A stretch of DNA of 64,000 nucleotides, taken from the IMG/VR virus record IMGVR_UViG_3300009183_004565. The stretch is one strand, 5' to 3'. The position numbers and the translations under genes are program-made. Under the pieces are notes generated by a model. The model was not told the origin of the DNA, did no database searches, and saw nothing but the letters and a program-made list of their open reading frames with translations. Below are positions 18,310-28,119 of the stretch, piece after piece. This DNA comes from a virus. Its lineage: Duplodnaviria; Caudoviricetes. Each line of letters starts with the position of its first letter. Position 1 is the first letter of the stretch.

Positions 18310-19846
18310 TTTAACAAGTAAACAAAATGATTACGCAGTATTCTTACCTGCTATCTCGGGCTTCTATGCAACTTTTATAGGAAAGCAGCGTGTTAACAAC
18401 GACTATGTTGACCCTGCACGTTTTCCTGTAGGACTAACTGACTTAGAGCAAATGAATTGGCTTAACAGTCAGCAATCTTGGTTTCCGTATCGCTGGAGTT
18501 TGTATTCAGGTGGTCATGCCAATTTGGATTTAACCAAAGACGATCCAAGCGAGGACATGGTTCGTAAACGCGAACCGGGTACATTCATGTTAGGTGACTC
18601 AGGTGGATTCCAAATTGCCAAGGGTTTATGGGAAGGTGATTGGAAAGCCAACTCAGGTTGCCCCAAGGCTCAAGGTAAACGCGAAGCGGTACTTAAATGG
18701 CTGGATGGCATTGCTGATTACGGCATGATTCTTGATATACCTACCTGGGTAACTAAAGATCCCAAGGCCAGCGCCGCCTGTCAAATCAAAACAGTTCCTG
18801 AAGCTATTGCAGCAACAAAGTTTAACAATGAATACTTTATTGCAAACAGAAAAGGCAAAGACAACGGTGGTGCCAAGTTCTTAAATGTGTTACAAGGTTC
18901 TACACACACCAATGCAGAATCTTGGTATCAAGAAATGAAAAAGTATTGCGATCCTGCACAGTATCCTGGCAAACACTTTGATGGGTGGGCAATGGGCGGA
19001 CAGAACATGTGTGATGTACATTTAATCCTAAAGCGATTGATTGCATTACGTTACGACAATTTACTACAAGAAGGTGTTCATGATTGGATGCACTTCTTGG
19101 GTACTTCAAAACTAGAGTGGGCATTACTACTCACAGATATACAGAGATCAATACGCCGATATGTTAACCCTTCTTTTACTATTTCCTTTGACTGTGCTAG
19201 TCCTTTCCTTGCTACGGCGAATGGACAAGTCTACCACGAAATTGACCTTACCCCAGGACAAAAATGGTCCTATAGAATGAATCCCAGTGCCGACGATAAA
19301 AAATATTCCACAGATACTCGCAGTTACAAAGACGGCACTATACAAGACGGTTTCTGGAAACATTTTGACGAAAGTCCGATTAGCCAACGTTTACAAATGA
19401 AAGATATTTGTATATATAAACCCGGCGACCTAAATAAGAATGGCAAGGAAGGCAAGACTTCTTGGGATAGTTTCAGTTATGCATTGCTAATGGGGCATAA
19501 CGTATGGACGCACATTGAATCAGTTCAACGTGCCAATCGTGAATATGATGCCGGCAACTATCCTGCTATGATGCAGTATAGTGGCCCCGGACAAGATAAG
19601 TTTAAAGATATCATTGATAGTATTTTTGCTGCGCCTGACAAACAAACAGCACTTGATATCGTTGAACATTATAGTAAGTATTGGATGGAAATTGTTGGCA
19701 CTAGAGGCAACAAAGGTAAAAAAGCGTTGAATTCTGAAACAATGATGGATGTGCATTTTGAATTAGAAGGCAGTAGTGTTAAAGTAGAGAAGTCCAAGAA
19801 AGAAAAACCCTTGGCAATTTTAAATCCAGATCTTTTTGAGGTATAA
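18299..19846 (+). CDS. dpdA: TGT-fold guanine transglycosylase, DpdA-like (7-deazaguanine insertion into DNA)
   Basis: TGT motifs DSGGFQ, LDIP, NVLQG, GWAMGG, HFLG, SFDCAS; folE/queD/queE in the same region. Confidence 0.8.
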   Translation: MQDNLTSKQNDYAVFLPAISGFYATFIGKQRVNNDYVDPARFPVGLTDLEQMNWLNSQQSWFPYRWSLYSGGHANLDLTKDDPSEDMVRKREPGTFMLGDSGGFQIAKGLWEGDWKANSGCPKAQGKREAVLKWLDGIADYGMILDIPTWVTKDPKASAACQIKTVPEAIAATKFNNEYFIANRKGKDNGGAKFLNVLQGSTHTNAESWYQEMKKYCDPAQYPGKHFDGWAMGGQNMCDVHLILKRLIALRYDNLLQEGVHDWMHFLGTSKLEWALLLTDIQRSIRRYVNPSFTISFDCASPFLATANGQVYHEIDLTPGQKWSYRMNPSADDKKYSTDTRSYKDGTIQDGFWKHFDESPISQRLQMKDICIYKPGDLNKNGKEGKTSWDSFSYALLMGHNVWTHIESVQRANREYDAGNYPAMMQYSGPGQDKFKDIIDSIFAAPDKQTALDIVEHYSKYWMEIVGTRGNKGKKALNSETMMDVHFELEGSSVKVEKSKKEKPLAILNPDLFEV

Positions 19847-20053
19847 ATGTACAAAGCTAAAATTAAACAACTTGAAGAATCTCATCGTGTGTTAAACAAA
19901 CAGATAGACGACATGGAACGTAATCATCCTCATGTTGAAGTTGATCGACTTGCTGAAATGAAAAAGAAAAAACTACTTGTTAAAGACGAAATCAGCCGTC
20001 TTAATAAGTTACAATGGGATCACGATCATGAAACGGTACACGGCGATGAATAG
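19847..20053 (+). CDS. DUF465/YdcH-like small coiled-coil protein
   Basis: LEESHRVLNKQID...LKKKKLLVKDEI pattern. Confidence 0.7.
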   Translation: MYKAKIKQLEESHRVLNKQIDDMERNHPHVEVDRLAEMKKKKLLVKDEISRLNKLQWDHDHETVHGDE

Positions 20054-20555
20054 AAACGGACATAACAATGCAAGCCTTTTTGTAGGCACTGAAGTAGAAC
20101 ATACACCTGCATTTGATTTAAAGACACTATTTGTTGTTGATATACAATCTATAGAATTAATCGAAGCCGCATACCTTGCACATAAATGCGAACACATATA
20201 CTTTGGTGCTAATCAAAGTTTTGCACCCAACGGTACTGCTAATTATTTTACTTTATGGGAAGAAATGATTACCCATTTTCTTAAGAAAGATCGTTTGTGT
20301 ACGTTGGATTTTGATGTATCCCATGTTGAATATGTATTGGAATATGGGTTCACCGAATATCATAATTTTATCCCAATGATTTCGGTTAAATTGCCCTATA
20401 TACAACAATTAGGATATAATGCTATAATTAAGCTCGACGATAAAGATTTTAATGCAACCAATCCTGGTGTATGGTGTCATAGTGTACACAAGTTACAAAA
20501 TCGTCGAGTGTTCACTGACTGGTCTAAATACACCAAAGACGAGATTATTAAATGA
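20046..20555 (+). CDS. hypothetical protein in the dpd cluster
   Basis: In-frame ATG 20046 overlapping the upstream gene end; FVGTEVEHTP, HIYFGANQSF, NPGVWCH, FTDW motifs. Confidence 0.65.
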   Translation: MNRNGHNNASLFVGTEVEHTPAFDLKTLFVVDIQSIELIEAAYLAHKCEHIYFGANQSFAPNGTANYFTLWEEMITHFLKKDRLCTLDFDVSHVEYVLEYGFTEYHNFIPMISVKLPYIQQLGYNAIIKLDDKDFNATNPGVWCHSVHKLQNRRVFTDWSKYTKDEIIK

Positions 20556-20980
20556 ATCAAGAACAAAGACAAACAGCAGATAGAATTATAGAACGTGCCG
20601 AAAGACAAATTTGGGTAACTTTTAGGCGCGAAGGTATCCATAAATACCCAGCAGCATTGGAGGAACCACAACTTGCGGATGTATCTTTTCTTGGCTATCC
20701 TCATCGCCATATCTTTCATTTCCGGGTGTCAATTGATGTGTTCCACAATGACCGGGACATCGAATTCATCCAATTCAAACGCTGGCTCGAAGGGCTGTAT
20801 AGTGCTAGTACACTCATTTTAGATTATAAAAGTTGCGAAATGATTGCTGATGACTTATATGTCCAAATTGCTAGTAAATTTCCCGGACGTAATGTTATAA
20901 TCAACGTGAGTGAAGACGGCGAAAATGGCTGTACTATCACTTACAATACACACCAACCTTATCAATCAATGAAAATTTAA
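20552..20980 (+). CDS. dpdL: QueD-paralogue T-fold protein, DpdL-like (putative CDG decarboxylase)
   Basis: EGIHKYP, LGYPHRHIFHF (LxxxHRHxF), DRDIEF, SCEMIA, VSEDGENG; adjacent to dpdA, with a separate canonical queD present. Confidence 0.65.
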   Translation: MNQEQRQTADRIIERAERQIWVTFRREGIHKYPAALEEPQLADVSFLGYPHRHIFHFRVSIDVFHNDRDIEFIQFKRWLEGLYSASTLILDYKSCEMIADDLYVQIASKFPGRNVIINVSEDGENGCTITYNTHQPYQSMKI

Positions 20981-20981
20981 T

Positions 20982-21356
20982 ATGGTTAAAGCTCCTCCAT
21001 GTATAGTATTAGGGTGCGGAAGATCTTCTTCTTACATTAATAGAAACCAAGATGGCACAAAAAAATATCGAAATACCTGTAGCAAACATCATAAAACGAA
21101 TTTAAACATGTCTAAAAAAGATTATTGCGAAAATATTGATGGTCGCCTTGGATTTAAATGTACCACTACTATCTTAGGTCCGTATCAATTACAAGTAGAT
21201 CACGTTGACGGAGATCGTTACAATAACGATCCAAAAAATCTTCAGACTTTGTGTGCTTGTTGTCACGCTCATAAAACGCATAAAGAAAAAAATCATCTTA
21301 GACGTTACAATAAAAAAATACAAACTACATTTAATTCAATTTTCAACTTTCAATAA
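20982..21356 (+). mobile_element. free-standing HNH homing endonuclease
   Basis: LQVDHVDGDRYNNDPKNLQTLCACCHAHKT HNH motif plus Zn-binding Cys. Confidence 0.85.
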
Positions 21357-21373
21357 AAATCTAAGGAGCAACT

Positions 21374-22297
21374 ATGCCCCGAGTAAAAAAGTCTGCTGCA
21401 CTAGATGCCGAGCACGAAAAACTCATTGCGGTTTTAAAGTTTACACCACGTACCTATAAAATTTCATTGTGGGGATATGGTGGCGAATCTGTTATGGGTA
21501 CCGTACCTCGCGAAATCTACGATTACTTTAAACAGCGTAGACTTGATGTTAGTGGCTTTGCATGGGACAGCGACTACGCCGAAGAAAACAATATTCCCGA
21601 AGCGATGTGGCCATTCTCTCCTGGTTCATGGTACGAGTGTGATGATATAGCACATGTCAATGGTGTTGTATTAGATAGTGGCACTGTACACATTGAAGAT
21701 GAAAACGGTGACGAAATTCTCCAGTGTGGGATTGATGCTTTCCAAGACGAAGACTGTCCTGAATTAGATTACACAGACGAAACCTTTATTGACGATAAGC
21801 CGCCAGGCACTATAGTATTCATTGGCAACAGTAACGAAAAAGGTACGTTCTTTGAAGGCAGTATTGATCTTAGTGCCCCGTTTGATATCAACAAACTAAC
21901 TTTCAAAATTGAAGACGTAGACGGCAGTGAAGTTGTCTGCGGAATAGAATACGACGGCGAGTCGATTGATAACTATGGTGGCGATACCACTGGCAAGAGT
22001 TCAGAATTTGGATTCTATGTTGCAGGATCAATGAAGAATGGTAAGTGGGAACGTTATCGTAACGAAGATGATTGCACTTACGAAATGACTGCATGGTTTC
22101 CAAAAAACACCAAACCTGTGCGCGAAGGTGTTTATGAAATTGATGCAGGTAATAAAGAAAAATGGCCAAACTTTAGTCCAACTACAGCACGATGGACAGG
22201 CACACGATGGCTCAGTGTCTGGGCAGATGACACTCCCGAAACACCAGAAGTAAAAATAAAACAATGGCGTGGCATTGCCTACGATCCAAACAACTAA
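21374..22297 (+). CDS. acidic hypothetical protein
   Basis: 307-aa ORF with AAGGAG SD. Confidence 0.65.
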   Translation: MPRVKKSAALDAEHEKLIAVLKFTPRTYKISLWGYGGESVMGTVPREIYDYFKQRRLDVSGFAWDSDYAEENNIPEAMWPFSPGSWYECDDIAHVNGVVLDSGTVHIEDENGDEILQCGIDAFQDEDCPELDYTDETFIDDKPPGTIVFIGNSNEKGTFFEGSIDLSAPFDINKLTFKIEDVDGSEVVCGIEYDGESIDNYGGDTTGKSSEFGFYVAGSMKNGKWERYRNEDDCTYEMTAWFPKNTKPVREGVYEIDAGNKEKWPNFSPTTARWTGTRWLSVWADDTPETPEVKIKQWRGIAYDPNN

Positions 22298-22319
22298 CCT
22301 TAATAACTAGGAGAATAAA

Positions 22320-22538
22320 ATGGCCGCAGCATGGCTCAAGAAGTATCTAAAGATGAAACCCGAAGTCAATCAAATCTTTGAAGACCTCGAGAAATACAAA
22401 GAGTTTTGTGTAACATACGGTTACATCTACGACGAGCGTCACTTGTACAACGAAAAAACACCTTGGGGCGAGTTCGAACGTGTACAACGTGGCAAATGGC
22501 CCAAGATGAATTGGTATGCCAAGAAGGAACGTACCTAA
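22320..22538 (+). CDS. hypothetical protein
   Basis: 72-aa ORF with AGGAGA SD. Confidence 0.65.
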   Translation: MAAAWLKKYLKMKPEVNQIFEDLEKYKEFCVTYGYIYDERHLYNEKTPWGEFERVQRGKWPKMNWYAKKERT

Positions 22539-22542
22539 TTAA

Positions 22543-23088
22543 ATGAACGTTTTAACTTACGATCATGTACTCCCAACTTGGTTAGAGGAGTCTGGAGAAA
22601 ATCAGTTCTATAGATTTCCTTTAGAATATAATCATCGCACAAAAGATGAAAATCCTCCATTTTTTGGTAAGTGTCTATACAACAAAAAAACAGGAGTATA
22701 TGTTCAATCTCCTTATTTTGTAGATGCTTTGTGTGATTGTATTAGGTATGACCTTGTGAATAAAATTGACCCAAGTGCAACATTCAATGAATTTCAAAGA
22801 GTGATTGTAAACGGGCAGATAGGTGGTATGTCTCCTGGTAGACATCCTGACTATGATGATCGTAATATGTGGACTGCTGTTTATTTCCTGTTAGGAAATT
22901 CAGGAGACCTAGTATTTTATCTTGATAACACTACTAAGAAGATCAAGTTTAGAAAACATAGATTGGTAGTGTTTAATAGTCGTATAGAACACGAAGCACT
23001 AGCACCCAATGAAGGTGATTGGAGAATGAGCATTGGTATCAATTGGTATATGGATACCAAATTTAATGAAATTGTAAAAGGAAAATAA
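22543..23088 (+). CDS. 2OG-Fe(II) oxygenase
   Basis: HPD...TAVYFL...GDLVF...LVVFNSRIEHEA...RMSIG facial triad and RxS. Confidence 0.8.
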   Translation: MNVLTYDHVLPTWLEESGENQFYRFPLEYNHRTKDENPPFFGKCLYNKKTGVYVQSPYFVDALCDCIRYDLVNKIDPSATFNEFQRVIVNGQIGGMSPGRHPDYDDRNMWTAVYFLLGNSGDLVFYLDNTTKKIKFRKHRLVVFNSRIEHEALAPNEGDWRMSIGINWYMDTKFNEIVKGK

Positions 23089-24281
23089 TGCGTAAATTAT
23101 GGTATATGGGTCTAGAACCCTATAAAGCACGATACACTCTACAGTTACAAGAGTGGAATCGTGCTGTATTTGACCGCCGTGGCATCAACTACGAAATAGT
23201 AGAAGGCGAAACGCTAAGTAACGACCAAGCCATTGTAACCGGACAAGTGCTAGATGCACATGGTCGTACATACTTTGGTATGAGCCAACTGATGAATCTT
23301 GTTCGCAAGATGAAAGCAGGAGAAGTTACCAATGAAGATGTTGTATACTTCGAAGACATGTTTCAACCTGGTATCGAGAGCTTGCCTTATATCATGCAGC
23401 AGTGCGATCCTGCTATGCGTCCCAAGATTGCTGTTCGTTGTCTTGCACAAAGCATTGACCCAGATGACTTTGTTCATGTCTGGGGCATGCAACAGTGGAT
23501 GGGGCATTATGAAAAGATGGTAGATAGTTTTGCCGATATCGTTCTTGCCAGTAACGAAGAAATGGTTATGCACATGAAGGTTGCAGGATGGCAGGCTCCT
23601 GTGTATAATATTAGTGGACTGGCATTTGGCAAAGAGGAAGTACGTGGTCGTGTGGCCGGTGCACTAAAGCCATTCCATGGTCGTAAGTATCGTGTGGGAT
23701 TTGCTGCCCGATGGGATCAAGAGAAGCAACCAGACTTTTACATGGATCTAATAGAAGAATATCACCGTCGTGCCAGTTTTGTGTTTAATGATTGGCCCAA
23801 TGTTGAGTTCTGCGTATTCAGTGGCAGTAAACTAAAAAGCAATAACGACAGTTACATGGCTCGTACTCGACGTATGCAGGCTGAAGGTAAACTTGTCGTT
23901 CATGAGGACTTGGAAAAAAATGATTATTATAATTTACTCAATGATACTCGTGTGTTATTCAATTGCGCTTTACAAGACTGGGTTAGTAACACTGTCAGCG
24001 AAGCCGACACTCTGGGATGTAATGTGTTATATCCCGCATATCGTAGTTTTCCTGAGTCTTTTGCTAACGATCATGAAAGACTTTACATTCCTTGGAGTAT
24101 AGATGACGCAATTACTAAACTTAATAAGCTATTGGAGCATCCTCATCCCGGTATGGGCACCATTAGTGATTGGACTGGGGGTACCATTGATCGCATTGTG
24201 GACATTCTAGAAGGCAAGGGCGAACAGTGGCAGCGCATGAGTACCGACTATCGTAAACATACACACGAGCACAAGTATTAA
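23088..24281 (+). CDS. GT-B (GT4-like) glycosyltransferase
   Basis: VGFAARWDQEKQP, VLFNCALQDWVSNTVSEADTLGCNVLYP C-terminal GT1/GT4 pattern. Confidence 0.75.
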   Translation: MRKLWYMGLEPYKARYTLQLQEWNRAVFDRRGINYEIVEGETLSNDQAIVTGQVLDAHGRTYFGMSQLMNLVRKMKAGEVTNEDVVYFEDMFQPGIESLPYIMQQCDPAMRPKIAVRCLAQSIDPDDFVHVWGMQQWMGHYEKMVDSFADIVLASNEEMVMHMKVAGWQAPVYNISGLAFGKEEVRGRVAGALKPFHGRKYRVGFAARWDQEKQPDFYMDLIEEYHRRASFVFNDWPNVEFCVFSGSKLKSNNDSYMARTRRMQAEGKLVVHEDLEKNDYYNLLNDTRVLFNCALQDWVSNTVSEADTLGCNVLYPAYRSFPESFANDHERLYIPWSIDDAITKLNKLLEHPHPGMGTISDWTGGTIDRIVDILEGKGEQWQRMSTDYRKHTHEHKY

Positions 24282-25255
24282 TGAAAATAGTTATCACAGG
24301 AGGATGTGGCTACATTGGTAGTCACATCGCACGAGCACTAAAACAACACAATGCAGATAATTGTGTATACATTATTGACCGTGTGCGTAGAGATCATACA
24401 CTTCAAGATGTAGACGGCTACCTACACGAAGATTATGCCAGCAAGAACAGTTTGCTATGGATTACGGAACTAGAACCTGATGTTATTGTGCATTGTGCAG
24501 GCAGCAGTCTTGTTGGCGAGAGTATGACCAATCCTGCTGAGTATTATGAAAACAATATTGCAAAGACTATTACTCTATTGTCGCATGTAAAAGATCTACG
24601 TAAGAAACCTTTGATACTGTTTAGTAGTAGTGCCAGTGTGTACGGCAATCCTGCGACTGTTCCGGTATATGAGTCAGATCCCAAACTGCCTATCAGTCCA
24701 TATGGTGTTAGCAAACATGTTACTGAACGACTATTAAGTGACTATCATGCAGCATACGGTGTTCCTAGTGTGTGCTTTAGATATTTTAATGCAGCCGGAG
24801 CAGAACCTTTTGCACATGACCTTGGGCAAGCACCTGGTGCCAGTCATATCGTTGCTAGAATACTAGAAGCCAAACTTGCTGGGAAATCGTTTACGCTTAA
24901 TGGTGCAGATTATAACACACCGGATCGTACTTGTATTCGTGATTACATACACGTATGGGATTTGGCTGACGCACACATACGTGCCATTGAGTGGATGAAC
25001 AATGAGAATGAGAAACGTGCTGCAGTGATGAATCTTGGTACTCAACATGGTATTAGCAATCAAGAGATTATTGATTATGTAACAGTAAACTACGGTGGCA
25101 TTGATGTTGTAGTTGGGCCAAGGCGCCCCGGAGATCCAGATCGACTTGTTGCTGATGCAAGTGTAGCATATGCTTTATTAAAATGGAAACCTGTCTACTC
25201 AACGATCAATCAAATTGTTGATAGTGCATACAAATGGTATACTCGTGAGCTTTGA
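24281..25255 (+). CDS. galE: UDP-glucose 4-epimerase
   Basis: ITGGCGYIGSH, FSSSASVYG, PYGVSK (YxxxK), FRYFNAAGA, RDYIHVWDLADAH. Confidence 0.9.
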   Translation: MKIVITGGCGYIGSHIARALKQHNADNCVYIIDRVRRDHTLQDVDGYLHEDYASKNSLLWITELEPDVIVHCAGSSLVGESMTNPAEYYENNIAKTITLLSHVKDLRKKPLILFSSSASVYGNPATVPVYESDPKLPISPYGVSKHVTERLLSDYHAAYGVPSVCFRYFNAAGAEPFAHDLGQAPGASHIVARILEAKLAGKSFTLNGADYNTPDRTCIRDYIHVWDLADAHIRAIEWMNNENEKRAAVMNLGTQHGISNQEIIDYVTVNYGGIDVVVGPRRPGDPDRLVADASVAYALLKWKPVYSTINQIVDSAYKWYTREL

Positions 25256-25829
25256 TCGCATATTGGAGTTTGAACAAGCACTGGCCGAATACACAGGTGC
25301 GCCATACGCAATCATGACTGATTGTTGTACTCATGCTATTGAGTTGTGTCTAAGATTTCAAAAGCCCACTCATTGTGCATTTACTGCTTTTACCTATCTG
25401 TCTGTGCCAATGACCATGCACAAACTAGGAATTGAGTACAGATTGATTCCCGAAGTATGGACTGGCGAATATCAATTCCACGGAACCACAATTTGGGATA
25501 GCGCACGTAGGCTAGAGCGAGGAATGTATCGAGCAGGACAGATGCAATGTCTCAGCTTCGGTTACACTAAGCCTTTACAAATAGGCCGTGGTGGTGCTAT
25601 ACTGTTAGACAATGAACAAGCATACAACACTATAACGGAACAACGATATGATGGGCGCAAATTATCAGTTACACCCTGGCAGGAACAAAAAACCTTCATG
25701 GTGGGCTATCATTATAGACCGACTCCGGAAGAAGCTGCGATTGGATTAATAAAATTGCGCGATGTTAATGAACTGCCTAAATATCACGAATATCCTGATC
25801 TAAGAGATATTAAAATTATTGGAGAATAA
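25245..25829 (+). CDS. short DegT/DnrJ-like PLP-dependent enzyme
   Basis: FEQALAEYTGAPYAIMTDCCTHAIELC, WDSA, CLSFGYTKPLQIGRGGAIL; much shorter than a full DegT; GTG 25245 is the likely start. Confidence 0.7.
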   Translation: MSFDRILEFEQALAEYTGAPYAIMTDCCTHAIELCLRFQKPTHCAFTAFTYLSVPMTMHKLGIEYRLIPEVWTGEYQFHGTTIWDSARRLERGMYRAGQMQCLSFGYTKPLQIGRGGAILLDNEQAYNTITEQRYDGRKLSVTPWQEQKTFMVGYHYRPTPEEAAIGLIKLRDVNELPKYHEYPDLRDIKIIGE

Positions 25830-25830
25830 G

Positions 25831-26661
25831 TTGACCACAAAAGAATTTACACCAAATCCAGTATTAAACGAAACACCTGATAAAGAATTTGTTCCTATGG
25901 AACTGGAATCTATGTATGTGGCTTTACCACAAAAGGTATATGTGAAAGCTGGCGAAGCTGCTGCCGCTAAACAATCATATTTGTCGGATGCTATTCGTGC
26001 CAGGATGAAACGTGACGGTAAAAGATACTGGGCAGGAGATAACATCAGTGACTATCTAGCGGACAGTGACAAAGAACATCTAATCAGCGAAGCCGCAGAA
26101 GCATTTGAACTAGTACTAGACCGTTTGCTGATTGATCGCGAAAATGATCCTAACAGTCGAGGTACAGCACGACGCCTGGCTAAAATGTACTTCAACGAAA
26201 TAATGGCAGGTAGATATGAAACGGCACCAGACGCAACGGCTTTTCCAAATGATTCGGAGGAAAGATATGAAGGTATGCTTGTGGTTAGAAGTGAACTTCG
26301 CAGTATGTGTAGCCATCATCACCAGCCCGTTACTGGTGTTGCTTATATTGGTATTATCGCCGCTAATAAACTTATCGGTCTTAGTAAGTATACTCGTATT
26401 GCTCAGTGGTGCGCTCGTCGTGGCACACTACAAGAAGAGCTGTGTAATGATATCGCTAGAGAGATTATGAAGGCCACTGATGCTAAAGATGTAGCAGTAT
26501 ATGTACAAGCGATACATGGATGTTGCGAAAATCGCGGCATTATGGCACATAGTTCGTTAACTCAAACTACAGTATTAAAGGGAACATTCAAAGATGATCC
26601 TCATACTAAGAAGGAATTCTTCGACAACATTAAACTACAACAAGAATTTGCACCAAGGTAA
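25831..26661 (+). CDS. folE: GTP cyclohydrolase I
   Basis: SMCSHHHQP, GLSKYTR, LQEEL, HGCCENRG; TTG 25831 follows a GGAG SD. Confidence 0.95.
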   Translation: MTTKEFTPNPVLNETPDKEFVPMELESMYVALPQKVYVKAGEAAAAKQSYLSDAIRARMKRDGKRYWAGDNISDYLADSDKEHLISEAAEAFELVLDRLLIDRENDPNSRGTARRLAKMYFNEIMAGRYETAPDATAFPNDSEERYEGMLVVRSELRSMCSHHHQPVTGVAYIGIIAANKLIGLSKYTRIAQWCARRGTLQEELCNDIAREIMKATDAKDVAVYVQAIHGCCENRGIMAHSSLTQTTVLKGTFKDDPHTKKEFFDNIKLQQEFAPR

Positions 26662-26677
26662 TTTGCTCCAACCGCCT

Positions 26678-26683
26678 TAAATA
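26678..26683 (+). promoter_or_regulatory. T4-like late promoter core TAAATA
   Basis: Intergenic, followed by AAGGAG SD and ATG 26702. Confidence 0.45.
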
Positions 26684-26701
26684 TAAGGTAAAGGAGCAAA
26701 A

Positions 26702-27031
26702 ATGTCAGACGAACAAGAAGAGTTTAAAAAAAAATTACAAGCCCTAAAGCCCAAAAAAAAGAAGTTAGCCGTTCCTGAAGGTTTCTTAGACGATGCTAAA
26801 AGTTACGAAGGCAAATTAGAAGCTGTTAAAATAATCTCAGAGCGAGAAAAAGATCGAGTTATTTTGATATTTAAAAAAATGATTGCACAAGGTAAAGAAG
26901 ATGCAATACGTATTGAACGAGAAAAACTAGAAGCTAAACGAGCAGCTGAAGCTAAAGAAGCATTAGAAAGAGCAGCAAAGATAGCAAAAGAAAAGTTAGC
27001 CAAAAAATCATTATTTGGTAAAAAGAAGTAA
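26702..27031 (+). CDS. K/E/A-rich coiled-coil hypothetical protein
   Basis: 109-aa ORF with strong SD. Confidence 0.6.
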   Translation: MSDEQEEFKKKLQALKPKKKKLAVPEGFLDDAKSYEGKLEAVKIISEREKDRVILIFKKMIAQGKEDAIRIEREKLEAKRAAEAKEALERAAKIAKEKLAKKSLFGKKK

Positions 27032-27049
27032 ATTCAATTAATCAAGGAG

Positions 27050-27244
27050 ATGTATATGAAACTCAACGACAAGCTAGTAAAATGCAACGATCATTTTACT
27101 GTCTATATGTACGACAATGGCTATATGGTTGAAATTGGTGGACGTGACGACAACGACGAATGGGTTACTGCCAAAGTTCTTTGCACAGATTTTAAAGAAC
27201 TAACCAATCTTATCGAAGAAGCTACCATAATGGAACGTGACTAA
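27050..27244 (+). CDS. hypothetical protein
   Basis: 64-aa ORF with AAGGAG SD. Confidence 0.6.
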   Translation: MYMKLNDKLVKCNDHFTVYMYDNGYMVEIGGRDDNDEWVTAKVLCTDFKELTNLIEEATIMERD

Positions 27245-27777
27245 TGAAAAAGTTAATTATCTCGGATGCTGAATTTAAAAAATTAGTTCACAAGCTCTGC
27301 AGAGATATTGCCAATAGCGATTGGCGACCTGACTATGTTGTAGGTTTAACTCGTGGTGGACTTACTGCTGCTGCCATGATCAGTCATTATTTTGATGTTC
27401 CTATGGAAACATTGAAGCCAAGATCGGAAAGCAATTGCTGGATGGCTGAAGATGCATTTGGATATATTCCAGACGGTCCGCTACGTGAAGGCATAGATAA
27501 ACGCAGTGACGCTACATTTAAAAAGAAAATTCTTGTTGTCGATGACATTAACGATACCGGTTCTACACTTGAATGGATACGTGAAGATTGGCAATCAAGT
27601 TGTTTGCCCAACGACGAATCTTGGAAATATGTATGGAACAAGAACGTGCGTTTTGCTGTATTAATCAATAACGAATCCAGTAACTATGAGCATGTGGATT
27701 ATTCAGGTCGTAACATTAATAAACTTGATGATCCGTGTTGGGTAGTGTTCCCCTGGGAAAATTGGTGGGAGGCATGA
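27244..27777 (+). CDS. type I purine phosphoribosyltransferase
   Basis: VVGLTRGG, ILVVDDINDTGSTL PRPP loop, WVVFPWE (xanthine-guanine PRT-like). Confidence 0.9.
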   Translation: MKKLIISDAEFKKLVHKLCRDIANSDWRPDYVVGLTRGGLTAAAMISHYFDVPMETLKPRSESNCWMAEDAFGYIPDGPLREGIDKRSDATFKKKILVVDDINDTGSTLEWIREDWQSSCLPNDESWKYVWNKNVRFAVLINNESSNYEHVDYSGRNINKLDDPCWVVFPWENWWEA

Positions 27778-28112
27778 TTGCCTTACCGCCAGGCTGTACT
27801 GTTACCTATGCTGTTTGGGTCGATGTAAATCGACTCACCAACGAAATGGTTGAATGGTATCGTCAAGTTGATGGCAAGGTTTACGAAGATCGTTGGTATG
27901 ATACTCGAGGTAGAGAACAAACAGTAAACTACGTGAGTTATGGCAAGAGCAAACGATGCCATCATCATCACAACGGTCAAGGTGGTACTAGGTTACACTT
28001 CCACGGTGATGATGCTAGTGCGGCCAGTATGTTTATATTAAAGTTTTTCAATCACGTAACTAGTAATAATTTACAAGACGTAATGGAACGTCATGCTCAC
28101 GAGGTTGACTAA
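27774..28112 (+). CDS. hypothetical protein
   Basis: ATGA-coupled start at 27774 (MIALPPGC). Confidence 0.6.
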   Translation: MIALPPGCTVTYAVWVDVNRLTNEMVEWYRQVDGKVYEDRWYDTRGREQTVNYVSYGKSKRCHHHHNGQGGTRLHFHGDDASAASMFILKFFNHVTSNNLQDVMERHAHEVD

Positions 28113-28119
28113 GTAAATT

